The position numbers and the translations under genes were made by a program. The notes below the pieces were generated by a model. The model was not told where the DNA came from and ran no database searches. It saw nothing but the letters and a program-made list of their open reading frames with translations. From positions 29,826 to 93,825 of IMG/VR virus record IMGVR_UViG_3300031772_000007: 64,000 bases of DNA; one strand, 5' to 3'. Shown one piece after another: positions 18,324 to 26,346 of the stretch. Source of the DNA: a virus. Every line of letters starts with the position of its first letter. Positions within the stretch are counted from its first letter, which is position 1.

Positions 18324-18624
18324 CTCCCAGCCGGTAGGTGGATTCCCACCGGGCCATGATTTCCTCTGCGTCGTAGAGCGCCTGCACCAACGTCGGACGC
18401 CAGCGCCCCGTCTCCAGTTGGGACGCCCTCTGGTACTGGAGCATCCCCTGTGGCGTCCGTCGCGTCTCCTGCATCTCCACCGAGGCGAACCAGCCCCCGG
18501 CTCCCTTCCGCAGCCATCCCGTCATGCACCTTTCCTCGGGAGCCAACCTGACCACCCTCACGTAGCTGCCACGGGATATGCTCCATCCCTTCTCGGTGAG
18601 TCCCGTGCCTTCCTCGTCCGTCAC
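18295..18624 (-). CDS. Small orphan, RLxG-tag family (ESTYRLGG)
   Basis: C-terminal motif in register. Confidence 0.65.
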   Translation of the reverse strand: MTDEEGTGLTEKGWSISRGSYVRVVRLAPEERCMTGWLRKGAGGWFASVEMQETRRTPQGMLQYQRASQLETGRWRPTLVQALYDAEEIMARWESTYRLGGGLEDREDS

Positions 18625-19154
18625 GGGCCACTCCCGAACGTCTCGTAGCGCCGTGGCGCGCAGATGATGCAGCCCCGCGGCGTCAGTTGCTCGGTGGGGA
18701 CCTCCGCGCCACAGTTGGGGCACCGGGACAGTTCCGCGTACAGCTTCACCTTCCCCGCTCCCGAGATGTTGACCCCCGACTGCTCGACCACCCGCTGCGC
18801 CGGAGATTCCTCCCCGGTGAGCCGCGCCGCCGCGTCGTTCACGATGAACTGCCCCACGTCGTAGTACGTCTCGCCGGGGCTCACCTTCGTCCCATCAGCC
18901 AACTCCGCCAAGACGATGCTGTTGTCCGGCTTGAACATCCACGCCTTCGAGCCGCCCGCCGGGAACTGCGCGATGTGCTTCAGCAGGCTCTCCCCCTGCA
19001 CCCACCGGACCTCGCCACTTCGCACCAGCACGTCGAGCCCGCCCCGCGTCATCTTCAGGTCCCGCCAGATGTCCGTGTACGTGCGCCACTGGCGGTCGGC
19101 GTCCCCCGGCTGGAGGACGTACTCGCTCGACCCGACGTAGCCCCAGCGGTTCAT
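18621..19154 (-). CDS. Xis/wHTH-like plus Zn-ribbon protein with tag (DAAARLTG)
   Basis: WRTYTDIWRDLKMTRGGLDVLVRSGEVR; CPNC...CIIC. Confidence 0.6.
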   Translation of the reverse strand: MNRWGYVGSSEYVLQPGDADRQWRTYTDIWRDLKMTRGGLDVLVRSGEVRWVQGESLLKHIAQFPAGGSKAWMFKPDNSIVLAELADGTKVSPGETYYDVGQFIVNDAAARLTGEESPAQRVVEQSGVNISGAGKVKLYAELSRCPNCGAEVPTEQLTPRGCIICAPRRYETFGSGP

Positions 19155-19387
19155 AGCTCCAGAGTTACCTCCAGCACGTCGTACAACCTGCTCCCGAGTG
19201 CCCTGATGGTTTCCAAGTCGCCGTCCACCACGAGAAGCGCCTGCGCTCGTATCGGCTTCCCCGCCAGGACGCGCTCCGCCTTCATCGCCATGATCGCCTG
19301 CGCGCACTGCGTCAGAGATTCCGCAAGGCACTCGCCCGTCTCATCCACCACCGTTGCAACCGGCGTTGCCTTCGCTCGGAGCTTCAT
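19151..19387 (-). CDS. Hypothetical protein
   Basis: Coupled ORF. Confidence 0.55.
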   Translation of the reverse strand: MKLRAKATPVATVVDETGECLAESLTQCAQAIMAMKAERVLAGKPIRAQALLVVDGDLETIRALGSRLYDVLEVTLEL

Positions 19388-19881
19388 AGGTGCCTCGGCT
19401 TCGGCGGTCGGGGCTCCCTCCCCTGAAGACGGTCCACCGATTCCCGAGAGGCCAACTCCATGCGCTTCGCCTCGTAGGCGTCGGCCAGCACCTTGCGACA
19501 GACCGGGTCCGCTACCCTGTAGACGTGCTCCCCCGCGGGGAACAGCTTGCCGAAGCGCCAAAGCTGCCCGTACTCCTCCACGAAGCCCGACCCGGCGAAG
19601 CGCTTCGTCTGCTCGAAGATGCCGAGCTGTAGGAGAGTCCGCTGGATGCGCCATCGGGCGGATCTGCCCTCCCGCGCCCCCGTCACCGGGATGAAGAACT
19701 CGTCAGGCTCCACCTTCTCGTCCACGAGGTTCACCGTCAGCTTGTCCAGCGCCTCCCCCGCGTCGGTGGTGACGTAGAGCGCCCCGTTCCCGTTGCTGTA
19801 ACGCCCCCCGTGAAGAACACAGGGATCCTCATCGAGATAGAAGCGGAACCCGTCCGCCGCCTTGAAGGGGTCCACCCTCAC
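19384..19881 (-). CDS. Hypothetical protein with C-terminal tag (ESVDRLQG)
   Basis: GTGA coupling; motif. Confidence 0.6.
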   Translation of the reverse strand: MRVDPFKAADGFRFYLDEDPCVLHGGRYSNGNGALYVTTDAGEALDKLTVNLVDEKVEPDEFFIPVTGAREGRSARWRIQRTLLQLGIFEQTKRFAGSGFVEEYGQLWRFGKLFPAGEHVYRVADPVCRKVLADAYEAKRMELASRESVDRLQGREPRPPKPRHL

Positions 19882-20372
19882 CGCCCGCCCCCGTACCAGA
19901 TAACGAGGACGCTCGGGAAGCTGGCGGAGTCCCGCTTCACTCCCTCGGGGTTCCCGGGGCACCCGAAGGTGATGCGCCCTGGGAGGAACCGCGTCGTCAC
20001 CGAATTCCACGGCTTGTCCCGCGAGTGCTCGATGTGCTCCTGCCACCACTTCCTGTCCGTCCAGCTCGGGAGCAACGCGACCACCAGACAGCAGTGCGCC
20101 ACAATCTCCTTCCGCGCCTTCTCCAGCCACGCCCCGATGTTGGAATAGGGCGGATTGAGGAACACCCGCGCACCCCTCCACGACTGGCGGAGCCCGTTCT
20201 TCTTCTTGGTGAAGTACCGGCGGCACTTCGCGCTCTCCCTGGAAGCGCACGGGTCCAGGGTGAAGTGGAACTCCGCGTCGAGCTTCTTGTAGAACTCCGT
20301 CGGCGTGAACTGATCGTCGAGCGACTTGGTAGGCGGAGCGTTCCGGCAGGCGTCCTCCGGCAGCCACCCCAT
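19878..20372 (-). CDS. Phage DNA N6-adenine methyltransferase (Dam-like)
   Basis: DQFTP, FTLDPCAS, GLRQSW, VFLNPPYS; start uncertain. Confidence 0.9.
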   Translation of the reverse strand: MGWLPEDACRNAPPTKSLDDQFTPTEFYKKLDAEFHFTLDPCASRESAKCRRYFTKKKNGLRQSWRGARVFLNPPYSNIGAWLEKARKEIVAHCCLVVALLPSWTDRKWWQEHIEHSRDKPWNSVTTRFLPGRITFGCPGNPEGVKRDSASFPSVLVIWYGGGR

Positions 20373-20388
20373 CTGCCCCGTCTCCGGG

Positions 20389-20607
20389 TCAACCGTCAAA
20401 GCCAAGCTGACGCGCCGCTTCGAGCGCAACCGCTTCTTCAACGTCCGCCGCTTCGTAACAGGCATAGAATTTCCCATCGCGTTTCCTCGCCGCGCAGATA
20501 GCTGCCCCGCCCCGCCGCCGGGCAAGAGCGCCCAGCGCCAGGGCCAACGTCTCCTCGTCGATGTCGTACATGATGGAGGCTTCCAAGAGGGTGAGCAGCT
20601 TCTTCAC
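20389..20607 (-). CDS. Small wHTH-like protein ending EAARQLGF
   Basis: GTG start; KLLTLLEAS... pattern; tag variant. Confidence 0.5.
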   Translation of the reverse strand: MKKLLTLLEASIMYDIDEETLALALGALARRRGGAAICAARKRDGKFYACYEAADVEEAVALEAARQLGFDG

Positions 20608-20632
20608 CTGGAAACCTTGCCCGGACGCAGGC

Positions 20633-22042
20633 TCATTTTCCCTTCGGCAGCTCCGCGCCACCCGGAAGGGCTCCGGCCATCTGCCGCCCGAACTCCTCCA
20701 ACCCACTCGCCGCAACCCCGAACTTCTCTAGCTCCGTGCGGGTTTCGTACAGTCCCCGCTTGTAGTCGAAGAAGTAGACGAGGTCGTTGTTGGAGTCCAC
20801 CGCCGCCGGAACGAGAACCCGGTCGAAGAAGTTGTAGACCCCCATCGCGCTCTTGGTCGGGATGTTCCACGCCCCGCGCACCCGGTCGAAGACCGACTCC
20901 TGCCGGAGCTTCCGCATCAGGCGGTCCTTCCCGCGCACCCCGTCGTCCTGCAACGGGTCCAACGTCACCCGCGCGTCACCGCTAATGTCCGCGAAGCGCA
21001 CGCTGCCCCGTCGGAAGGCGATTCGGATGGCCTCGGTGAATGTACCCCGCGTCACCTGCCCGCCCTCCAAGTCCTCCGGGGAAAGCCCACAGCAAGTGGA
21101 GGCGTTGGTCAGCTCCTTGTAGTCAGGGTCCGAGCAAGCGAACCGCACCCCGCGCTTCTCGCACTCCTCCCACATCCCGTAGACGTAAGGCTTCTTCCAG
21201 TGCCGCGACAGGCGAGGCTGCCCGCGAGCGTGCCGAGACATCGCCTTGTAGATGGCCGTGAAGTCGAAGTCCGCCGCCTTGCCCATCCGGTCGAAGTACC
21301 GCCTGGAGAACTCGAAGTCCGGGAAGGGGATGCACAGAAACTCGGTGGACAGCGCCTTCGCTCCGGCGTCCGCCGCCGCCGTCAACAGCTCCCGCCAGGT
21401 TCCGGTCGAGATGCCGGGGCAGAAGGGGCGGAAGCGCAGAATCGTCCTGATTCCCCGCTTCGACAGCGCCTCCACCGTTTTGATGCGGTCCTGCGGGCTC
21501 GGGGCGCTGACCTCGATCTTCCGCGCGATCTCCGGGTCGTAGGTGATGATGCTCGACTGGAAGCCCCATCTGCCCGCGTTCGCCGCGAACACCTCCAGAA
21601 GCTCCTCGTCCTGCCAGAACGCGCCCTTCGAGCTGAAAAGCACGGGCCATTTGATGTCGGTGAGGAAGCGGAGAACTTCCAGCGTCTTCTCTCGGTACTT
21701 CCCGAGCGCGTAGTGATCGAAGGCGTCCGCCAGCCCGCCCCAGTGGAGGATGAGATGCTGGTCAACAAACGCCTGCCGGTGCGCCTTCTGGTCCTTCGAC
21801 AAGTCCTCGGGCGCTCCCTGGAACAACCGCCTGAACCGGGGGATGTTGATGAACGACAGGTCCGGCAGCCCGCCGTAGTCCTGATCGTCCTCGCCGTGCG
21901 GAACGCGCGAGCTGTCCTTGATGGGTCCGGCAAAGCAGTAGAGGCACCCGTAGCTGCACCGGCTGATGGCGTCGAACGTGAAGGGCAGCCCGCACTCGTA
22001 ATACTCGCTGGAGAGGCGCGGGGAGTTGTAGCAATCAGCCAC
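20633..22042 (-). CDS. Radical SAM enzyme (SPL-like) of the DNA-modification cluster
   Basis: CSYGCLYC; adjacent to ParB, kinase and transferase genes. Confidence 0.85.
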   Translation of the reverse strand: MADCYNSPRLSSEYYECGLPFTFDAISRCSYGCLYCFAGPIKDSSRVPHGEDDQDYGGLPDLSFINIPRFRRLFQGAPEDLSKDQKAHRQAFVDQHLILHWGGLADAFDHYALGKYREKTLEVLRFLTDIKWPVLFSSKGAFWQDEELLEVFAANAGRWGFQSSIITYDPEIARKIEVSAPSPQDRIKTVEALSKRGIRTILRFRPFCPGISTGTWRELLTAAADAGAKALSTEFLCIPFPDFEFSRRYFDRMGKAADFDFTAIYKAMSRHARGQPRLSRHWKKPYVYGMWEECEKRGVRFACSDPDYKELTNASTCCGLSPEDLEGGQVTRGTFTEAIRIAFRRGSVRFADISGDARVTLDPLQDDGVRGKDRLMRKLRQESVFDRVRGAWNIPTKSAMGVYNFFDRVLVPAAVDSNNDLVYFFDYKRGLYETRTELEKFGVAASGLEEFGRQMAGALPGGAELPKGK

Positions 22043-22682
22043 CGAGCACCACCCGCGCGAGCGCGCTGCCATCCAAGGTGGGCTCCTTCGCCGCCGCGTT
22101 GTCCAGCCGGTACTTCCCCAGCACCTCCAGCGCCGCCGTCGCCGTCGGGAAGACGACCGGAACGTTCAGCGGATCCGGGGCTGCCTCGGGCTCCGCTGGC
22201 GACAACCCCGCGCCCACCGCCTCCTCGACCCGCCCGAGCGATGTCTTGAGCACTTCGATCTCATCCGCAGAGAAGCCCGTCACCCCCTGGAACCACTTGC
22301 CGTCGTCCCCGTTCTCCGCCAGCCACGAGCTGACGTAGGAGGACAGAGCTTGCTGGTCCCAATCCGCGCTGATCTGATTCAGCGCGAGGACGAGAGCCCT
22401 CGCCTTCTGGTCGTCGGGGAGGTCCACGACAACAACCTCCGCCTTGGGCAGCCCAGCTTCCTTCATCACGTCGTAACGGTGGTGCCCGTTGATGATCTCG
22501 TAGCGGTCCGGCGCTCCCGGGGATTCCCGAACGATGATGGGCTGCACCACCCCCAGCTCCTCCATCGAGGTACGCAGGTGCGCCCGCATCGCATCGCCCA
22601 TGACCCTCGGGTTGCCGAACTTGAACGGGTCCAGGCTCGACACCGGGACCGTCTTCAACGCCTTCAGCCGTGACTGAATCAT
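22035..22682 (-). CDS. ParB/Srx-domain protein
   Basis: NPR, GVVQPIIVR, YEIINGHHRY. Confidence 0.85.
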   Translation of the reverse strand: MIQSRLKALKTVPVSSLDPFKFGNPRVMGDAMRAHLRTSMEELGVVQPIIVRESPGAPDRYEIINGHHRYDVMKEAGLPKAEVVVVDLPDDQKARALVLALNQISADWDQQALSSYVSSWLAENGDDGKWFQGVTGFSADEIEVLKTSLGRVEEAVGAGLSPAEPEAAPDPLNVPVVFPTATAALEVLGKYRLDNAAAKEPTLDGSALARVVLGG

Positions 22683-23371
22683 TGCCCCTCCAGGAACTTC
22701 GCCAGAGCCCCGCCGTCGATGGCGTCCGCCCTCAGAGTCCCGAAGCGGGTGCCCAGCCTGAACTTCCCCAGCACCGCGTCCGCCTCCTCCCGGGTGGCGA
22801 ACTGCGCCTTCAACACCTTCGGCTGGTTCGCGGCGACAGCCTCCTCCGCCATCTTCGCCACGAGATCGCTCGGGTCCTTCTCCGGTGCCTCCGAGAGCTG
22901 TTGATTCGTGGCGTCGATGGTCCCCGCCGACAGCACCTCGATCTCGTCCCCCGAGAAGCCTGTTACCCCCTTGAACCACTCCCCGCCCGCCGTGTTGTCG
23001 TTGAGCCACGCCGAGACGTAGTTCGACAGCGCGCTGTAATCCCACTCCGCGCCGATCTGGTTCAGGGCCAGCACGAGCGCCCGTGCCTTCCGGTCGTCCG
23101 GCAGGTCCACCACCACCGCCTCGATCTCCGTCGCCCCCGAGTCCTTCAGCACCCCGTAGCGATGGTGCCCGTTCAGAATCTCGTAGCGCCCCTTCGTCCG
23201 GGGGCTCGGTCGGACGACGATGGGCTCCACCACCCCCATCTCGGTGAGAGACTGCTTCAGCGTCTCCGTCATCCGGTCCGTCATCTTGCGCGGGTTCCCG
23301 AACGCGAACGGGTCCACCGCGCCGATGGCGATGCGCTTCAACGCCTTCAGCTTCGACTCGATGTTGCTCAT
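22679..23371 (-). CDS. ParB/Srx-domain protein (tandem paralog)
   Basis: NPR, GVVEPIVVR, YEILNGHHRY. Confidence 0.85.
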   Translation of the reverse strand: MSNIESKLKALKRIAIGAVDPFAFGNPRKMTDRMTETLKQSLTEMGVVEPIVVRPSPRTKGRYEILNGHHRYGVLKDSGATEIEAVVVDLPDDRKARALVLALNQIGAEWDYSALSNYVSAWLNDNTAGGEWFKGVTGFSGDEIEVLSAGTIDATNQQLSEAPEKDPSDLVAKMAEEAVAANQPKVLKAQFATREEADAVLGKFRLGTRFGTLRADAIDGGALAKFLEGQ

Positions 23372-23910
23372 GTCCCCTCCTGCCTCAGAAACTCCCTGAG
23401 CGACCGCTCCAGAACCTCGGGCACTCGCCGGGCATCCAGCTCGACCCTATCCCCTTCCGGGAAGGTTTCCCAGAAACGGCGAGACTTCGTCTCCCGCCCC
23501 TTCACCCACGAGGCGTTCTGCTTGCTCCCACGGGTGTCCCTGCGCGCCTGCGCCTCCTCCGGTGGGAGCGTCAACAGCGCGCACACCAGCCGGATGTTCG
23601 GGGCGTAGGGCAGCGAACGGAAGAAGCTCACCGGGAGCGCGTTGCTGAACCTGTCCCCGTCGAACAGCGTCAGCTCCGCGCGCATCGCCAGGTGCGTCGT
23701 CCAGAAGTTCAGCGCCTCCGCCGCCCCGTTGTAGGGCACGGTGTCCGCCCCATCGAACGGCCCGCCCGCGTAGTGCCCCGCGGCAACGATGCGCTGCCCG
23801 ATGGTCCACTTCGGCTTCGGGTTGAGGCGACTGAGCGGTTCGAGGAGCCTCCGCGCCAGCGTCGTCTTGCCCACCCCCGGCGTCCCCACCAACCAAAGTA
23901 CGGTCTTCAC
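23368..23910 (-). CDS. P-loop kinase, putative 5-hmdU DNA kinase
   Basis: GTPGVGKTT; GHY...FDGADTV; FDGDRF; next to transferase. Confidence 0.75.
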   Translation of the reverse strand: MKTVLWLVGTPGVGKTTLARRLLEPLSRLNPKPKWTIGQRIVAAGHYAGGPFDGADTVPYNGAAEALNFWTTHLAMRAELTLFDGDRFSNALPVSFFRSLPYAPNIRLVCALLTLPPEEAQARRDTRGSKQNASWVKGRETKSRRFWETFPEGDRVELDARRVPEVLERSLREFLRQEGT

Positions 23911-25037
23911 TTCTGCGCCCTCCTCACCTCATCGTTGAAGTCGTTGGCAAAGCAGCCCCACTCCTTGTCCATCATGATCACCTGTCCGGTCAGCCGGTAG
24001 TGGTTCATCTTGCGAGGACAGAGCCCCGGGTCCTTGGGGTTGTCCTCCAGCCGCAGGTGCTCCGGCAGGCATTCCTTCCGCGCGTCCCAGAACAGATGCA
24101 ACCGTTCCCCCCATGCCTCCTCGGTCTTCTTCAGCCGGAGGTAGAGCATGTCGTTGTAGACGTTCGGGTAGCGTCGGTTGACCCGGTGCCAGCCCTTGTA
24201 CGTACAGAGGGTGCTCTCCATCGTGAAGTAGCCCACGTCCCGGTAGAAGCTCTCCCCCGCCGCGCGGACCTTCATCTCCTCCAACAGCTCCGCCGCCTCC
24301 TTCTCCAGCCAGCGCAGGACCGCGGGGCTGTAGGTGCCGTCAAAGCTCGTATTGTCGTCGTGCCAGTCCAGGTCGTCCCGGCCCAACACCTTGCAGAGCC
24401 CATTCCGGTGACTCTTGCTGCCCTGCATGTCGTCGAGAAAGAGCTGATCGCAGTCGATCCTCACCCCGTTGATGCGTAGGTACTCCGCGTAGCTGAACGA
24501 ACTCAACCGCCCGAAGTAGACGAAGAAGGTGTTGATCGCCTGCCAGAGCTGTCGGAAGTTGGTGCGCTCGTCCGCCGGGGTCAGCCGATTGAAGAACTCC
24601 TCTTGCGAGCGCCCGCCCAACAGCGTGACGTAGTTCTGAACGCAGGTGAGGAACTTGGTCTTAAAGTACCGCCGGTCGGTGTCGAACTCCAACCGCGTGT
24701 AGTTCTCCGCGAACCACCGCTTCATCCGGTCGAAGTCCACCCCCACGAGAGGGAATTCCCGGAAGATGAGCCAGCTCGTCGGCGGGTGCTGCGTGTTCCC
24801 GTTGATGAAGGCGAACCACAGCCGTTGCTCCGTGCTCCACCCCAGCCGGTCTGCCAGGTAGGGAAGAACGTAATACACCCCCCCTGGATGAGAACGGTAG
24901 CGAAGGTGAAACTCCCAGAACCGAAGGAAGACCTCCCGGCGGTAGCGGGACTCACGGAAGTCCGTGCCCACGCGGAGCGCCGTCTCCTCTGTCTGCCTGT
25001 GGAGGGCGCAGTAGCGCCCCGGTTCCGCCGTCTTCAT
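23907..25037 (-). CDS. Amino acid:DNA transferase (aGPT-Pplase, HhH-glycosylase fold)
   Basis: FGRLSSFSYAEYL, ESTLCTYK, YPNVY; flanked by kinase and PLP enzyme. Confidence 0.75.
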   Translation of the reverse strand: MKTAEPGRYCALHRQTEETALRVGTDFRESRYRREVFLRFWEFHLRYRSHPGGVYYVLPYLADRLGWSTEQRLWFAFINGNTQHPPTSWLIFREFPLVGVDFDRMKRWFAENYTRLEFDTDRRYFKTKFLTCVQNYVTLLGGRSQEEFFNRLTPADERTNFRQLWQAINTFFVYFGRLSSFSYAEYLRINGVRIDCDQLFLDDMQGSKSHRNGLCKVLGRDDLDWHDDNTSFDGTYSPAVLRWLEKEAAELLEEMKVRAAGESFYRDVGYFTMESTLCTYKGWHRVNRRYPNVYNDMLYLRLKKTEEAWGERLHLFWDARKECLPEHLRLEDNPKDPGLCPRKMNHYRLTGQVIMMDKEWGCFANDFNDEVRRAQK

Positions 25038-26077
25038 GGTTCCCCCAAGGCTCCTCGCATCGCGGCGAGCGTCGGGCGCGACCCGACAATCCAGAACAGC
25101 GCCTTCCCGCTCCCCCAGAAGTGGACGAACTCCTTGGCGTGCTTCCGCAGGTACGTCATCACCTTGCCCTCGTAGGTGGGGTGGAAGTCGATGCCGCCGT
25201 AGGTGAAGGGCATCTCGTCCTGATAGCTGGCGAAGTGCGTCGCATGCAAGTCGTAGTGAACCAGCCGGTAGGGAGCGCGCTTCGTCGGTTGGAAGCTCGC
25301 CGCCTGATCCGGGTCGTTCTTGTAGTCCCGGTTGAACAACGCCCGAATCTGGATGCCCGAGAACTGCTCGATGGCGCGAAGCCGGTCCTCAATCCAGACC
25401 AGCTTCGTCGGCCCTACTCCAAACAGGACGACCTCCCGAAGCCGCGGGGGCAGCCTGCGCGCGATGCCGTACAGCACCGAGACACAGCTATTGCAGCTCC
25501 CCGCGGGCATGTAGATGGCCTCCACGTCATCCGGGATGTTGAGAACCTGCTCGCTTCCGAGTCGGTGGAAGGCGTCAATCTCCGCAGGGTCGTCGTCCAC
25601 CGTGATGCCGTACTTCAAGACGTAGTGCCCGGGGTGCTCCTTAGCCAGCTCCGCCACCGCCCGTTGCAGCGCCGGATTGTAGGCCACCGGGTTGTACCTA
25701 AAGCGGGCTCCGAGCGCCCGAGCGATGGCGACGTTCTCATGCTTCCCCGCCGCCTTTTCCGTCGTCGCACCGATGACCAACAGCGTCTCCAACCCAAAGT
25801 GCCGAGCAACCGCGGTGCCCATGCAGAGTTGCGGGCTCTTGACGCTCGCCCCGGAGAGCAACCCCTTCGCCCCCGCCGCCGCTGCCCGGCTCACAAGCCA
25901 GATGCACTGGCGGAGCTTCGCCCCGTTGATGCCTCCGTACCCGAGAGGCGCGAAGCGGTCCTCCCGCTTGAACCGGATCGCCCCCATTTCCTCCACCGGG
26001 GTCCGGGTAAGCAGGTGCTTCTCCCACCGCGACTGCTCCCGGTCCAAGCTCAACGTGTCGAAGACGGACCCTCTCAC
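25034..26077 (-). CDS. PLP-dependent enzyme (fold II, ACC-deaminase-like), putative DNA amino-acid decarboxylase
   Basis: FKRED...GGINGAKLRQ, PAGSCNS, PTYEGK. Confidence 0.8.
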   Translation of the reverse strand: MRGSVFDTLSLDREQSRWEKHLLTRTPVEEMGAIRFKREDRFAPLGYGGINGAKLRQCIWLVSRAAAAGAKGLLSGASVKSPQLCMGTAVARHFGLETLLVIGATTEKAAGKHENVAIARALGARFRYNPVAYNPALQRAVAELAKEHPGHYVLKYGITVDDDPAEIDAFHRLGSEQVLNIPDDVEAIYMPAGSCNSCVSVLYGIARRLPPRLREVVLFGVGPTKLVWIEDRLRAIEQFSGIQIRALFNRDYKNDPDQAASFQPTKRAPYRLVHYDLHATHFASYQDEMPFTYGGIDFHPTYEGKVMTYLRKHAKEFVHFWGSGKALFWIVGSRPTLAAMRGALGEP

Positions 26078-26346
26078 TTTCGCAGCTCCGCGTCGCGCAC
26101 TCCACGAACCCCCAAGGACAGCAACGCCCTCCACACCTTCATCCTGCCCCACCGCTCCTCGTTGGTGATGGCGTACCAGGCACCCCCACGGGGACCGAGG
26201 GGCTTGTAGGTGATCGCCCCGATGGAGAGCCCCTTCTTGATCATCGTGTACGAGAGACAGGGAACGTCATACCACTCCTGCGCGGGGCGGTAGTTCCCCA
26301 CCCCGAACTGCTTCAGAATGGCGTCGAAGTCGGGCTCGTACTCCAT
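26074..26346 (-). CDS. Hypothetical protein
   Basis: Coupled ORF. Confidence 0.55.
   Translation of the reverse strand: MEYEPDFDAILKQFGVGNYRPAQEWYDVPCLSYTMIKKGLSIGAITYKPLGPRGGAWYAITNEERWGRMKVWRALLSLGVRGVRDAELRK

Noticed and set aside
9487-18624. The tag as a DNA-level recombination site (integron attC-like cassette array)
   Set aside because: Synonymous positions vary freely, there is no palindrome, and no integrase is present; conservation is at the amino-acid level.
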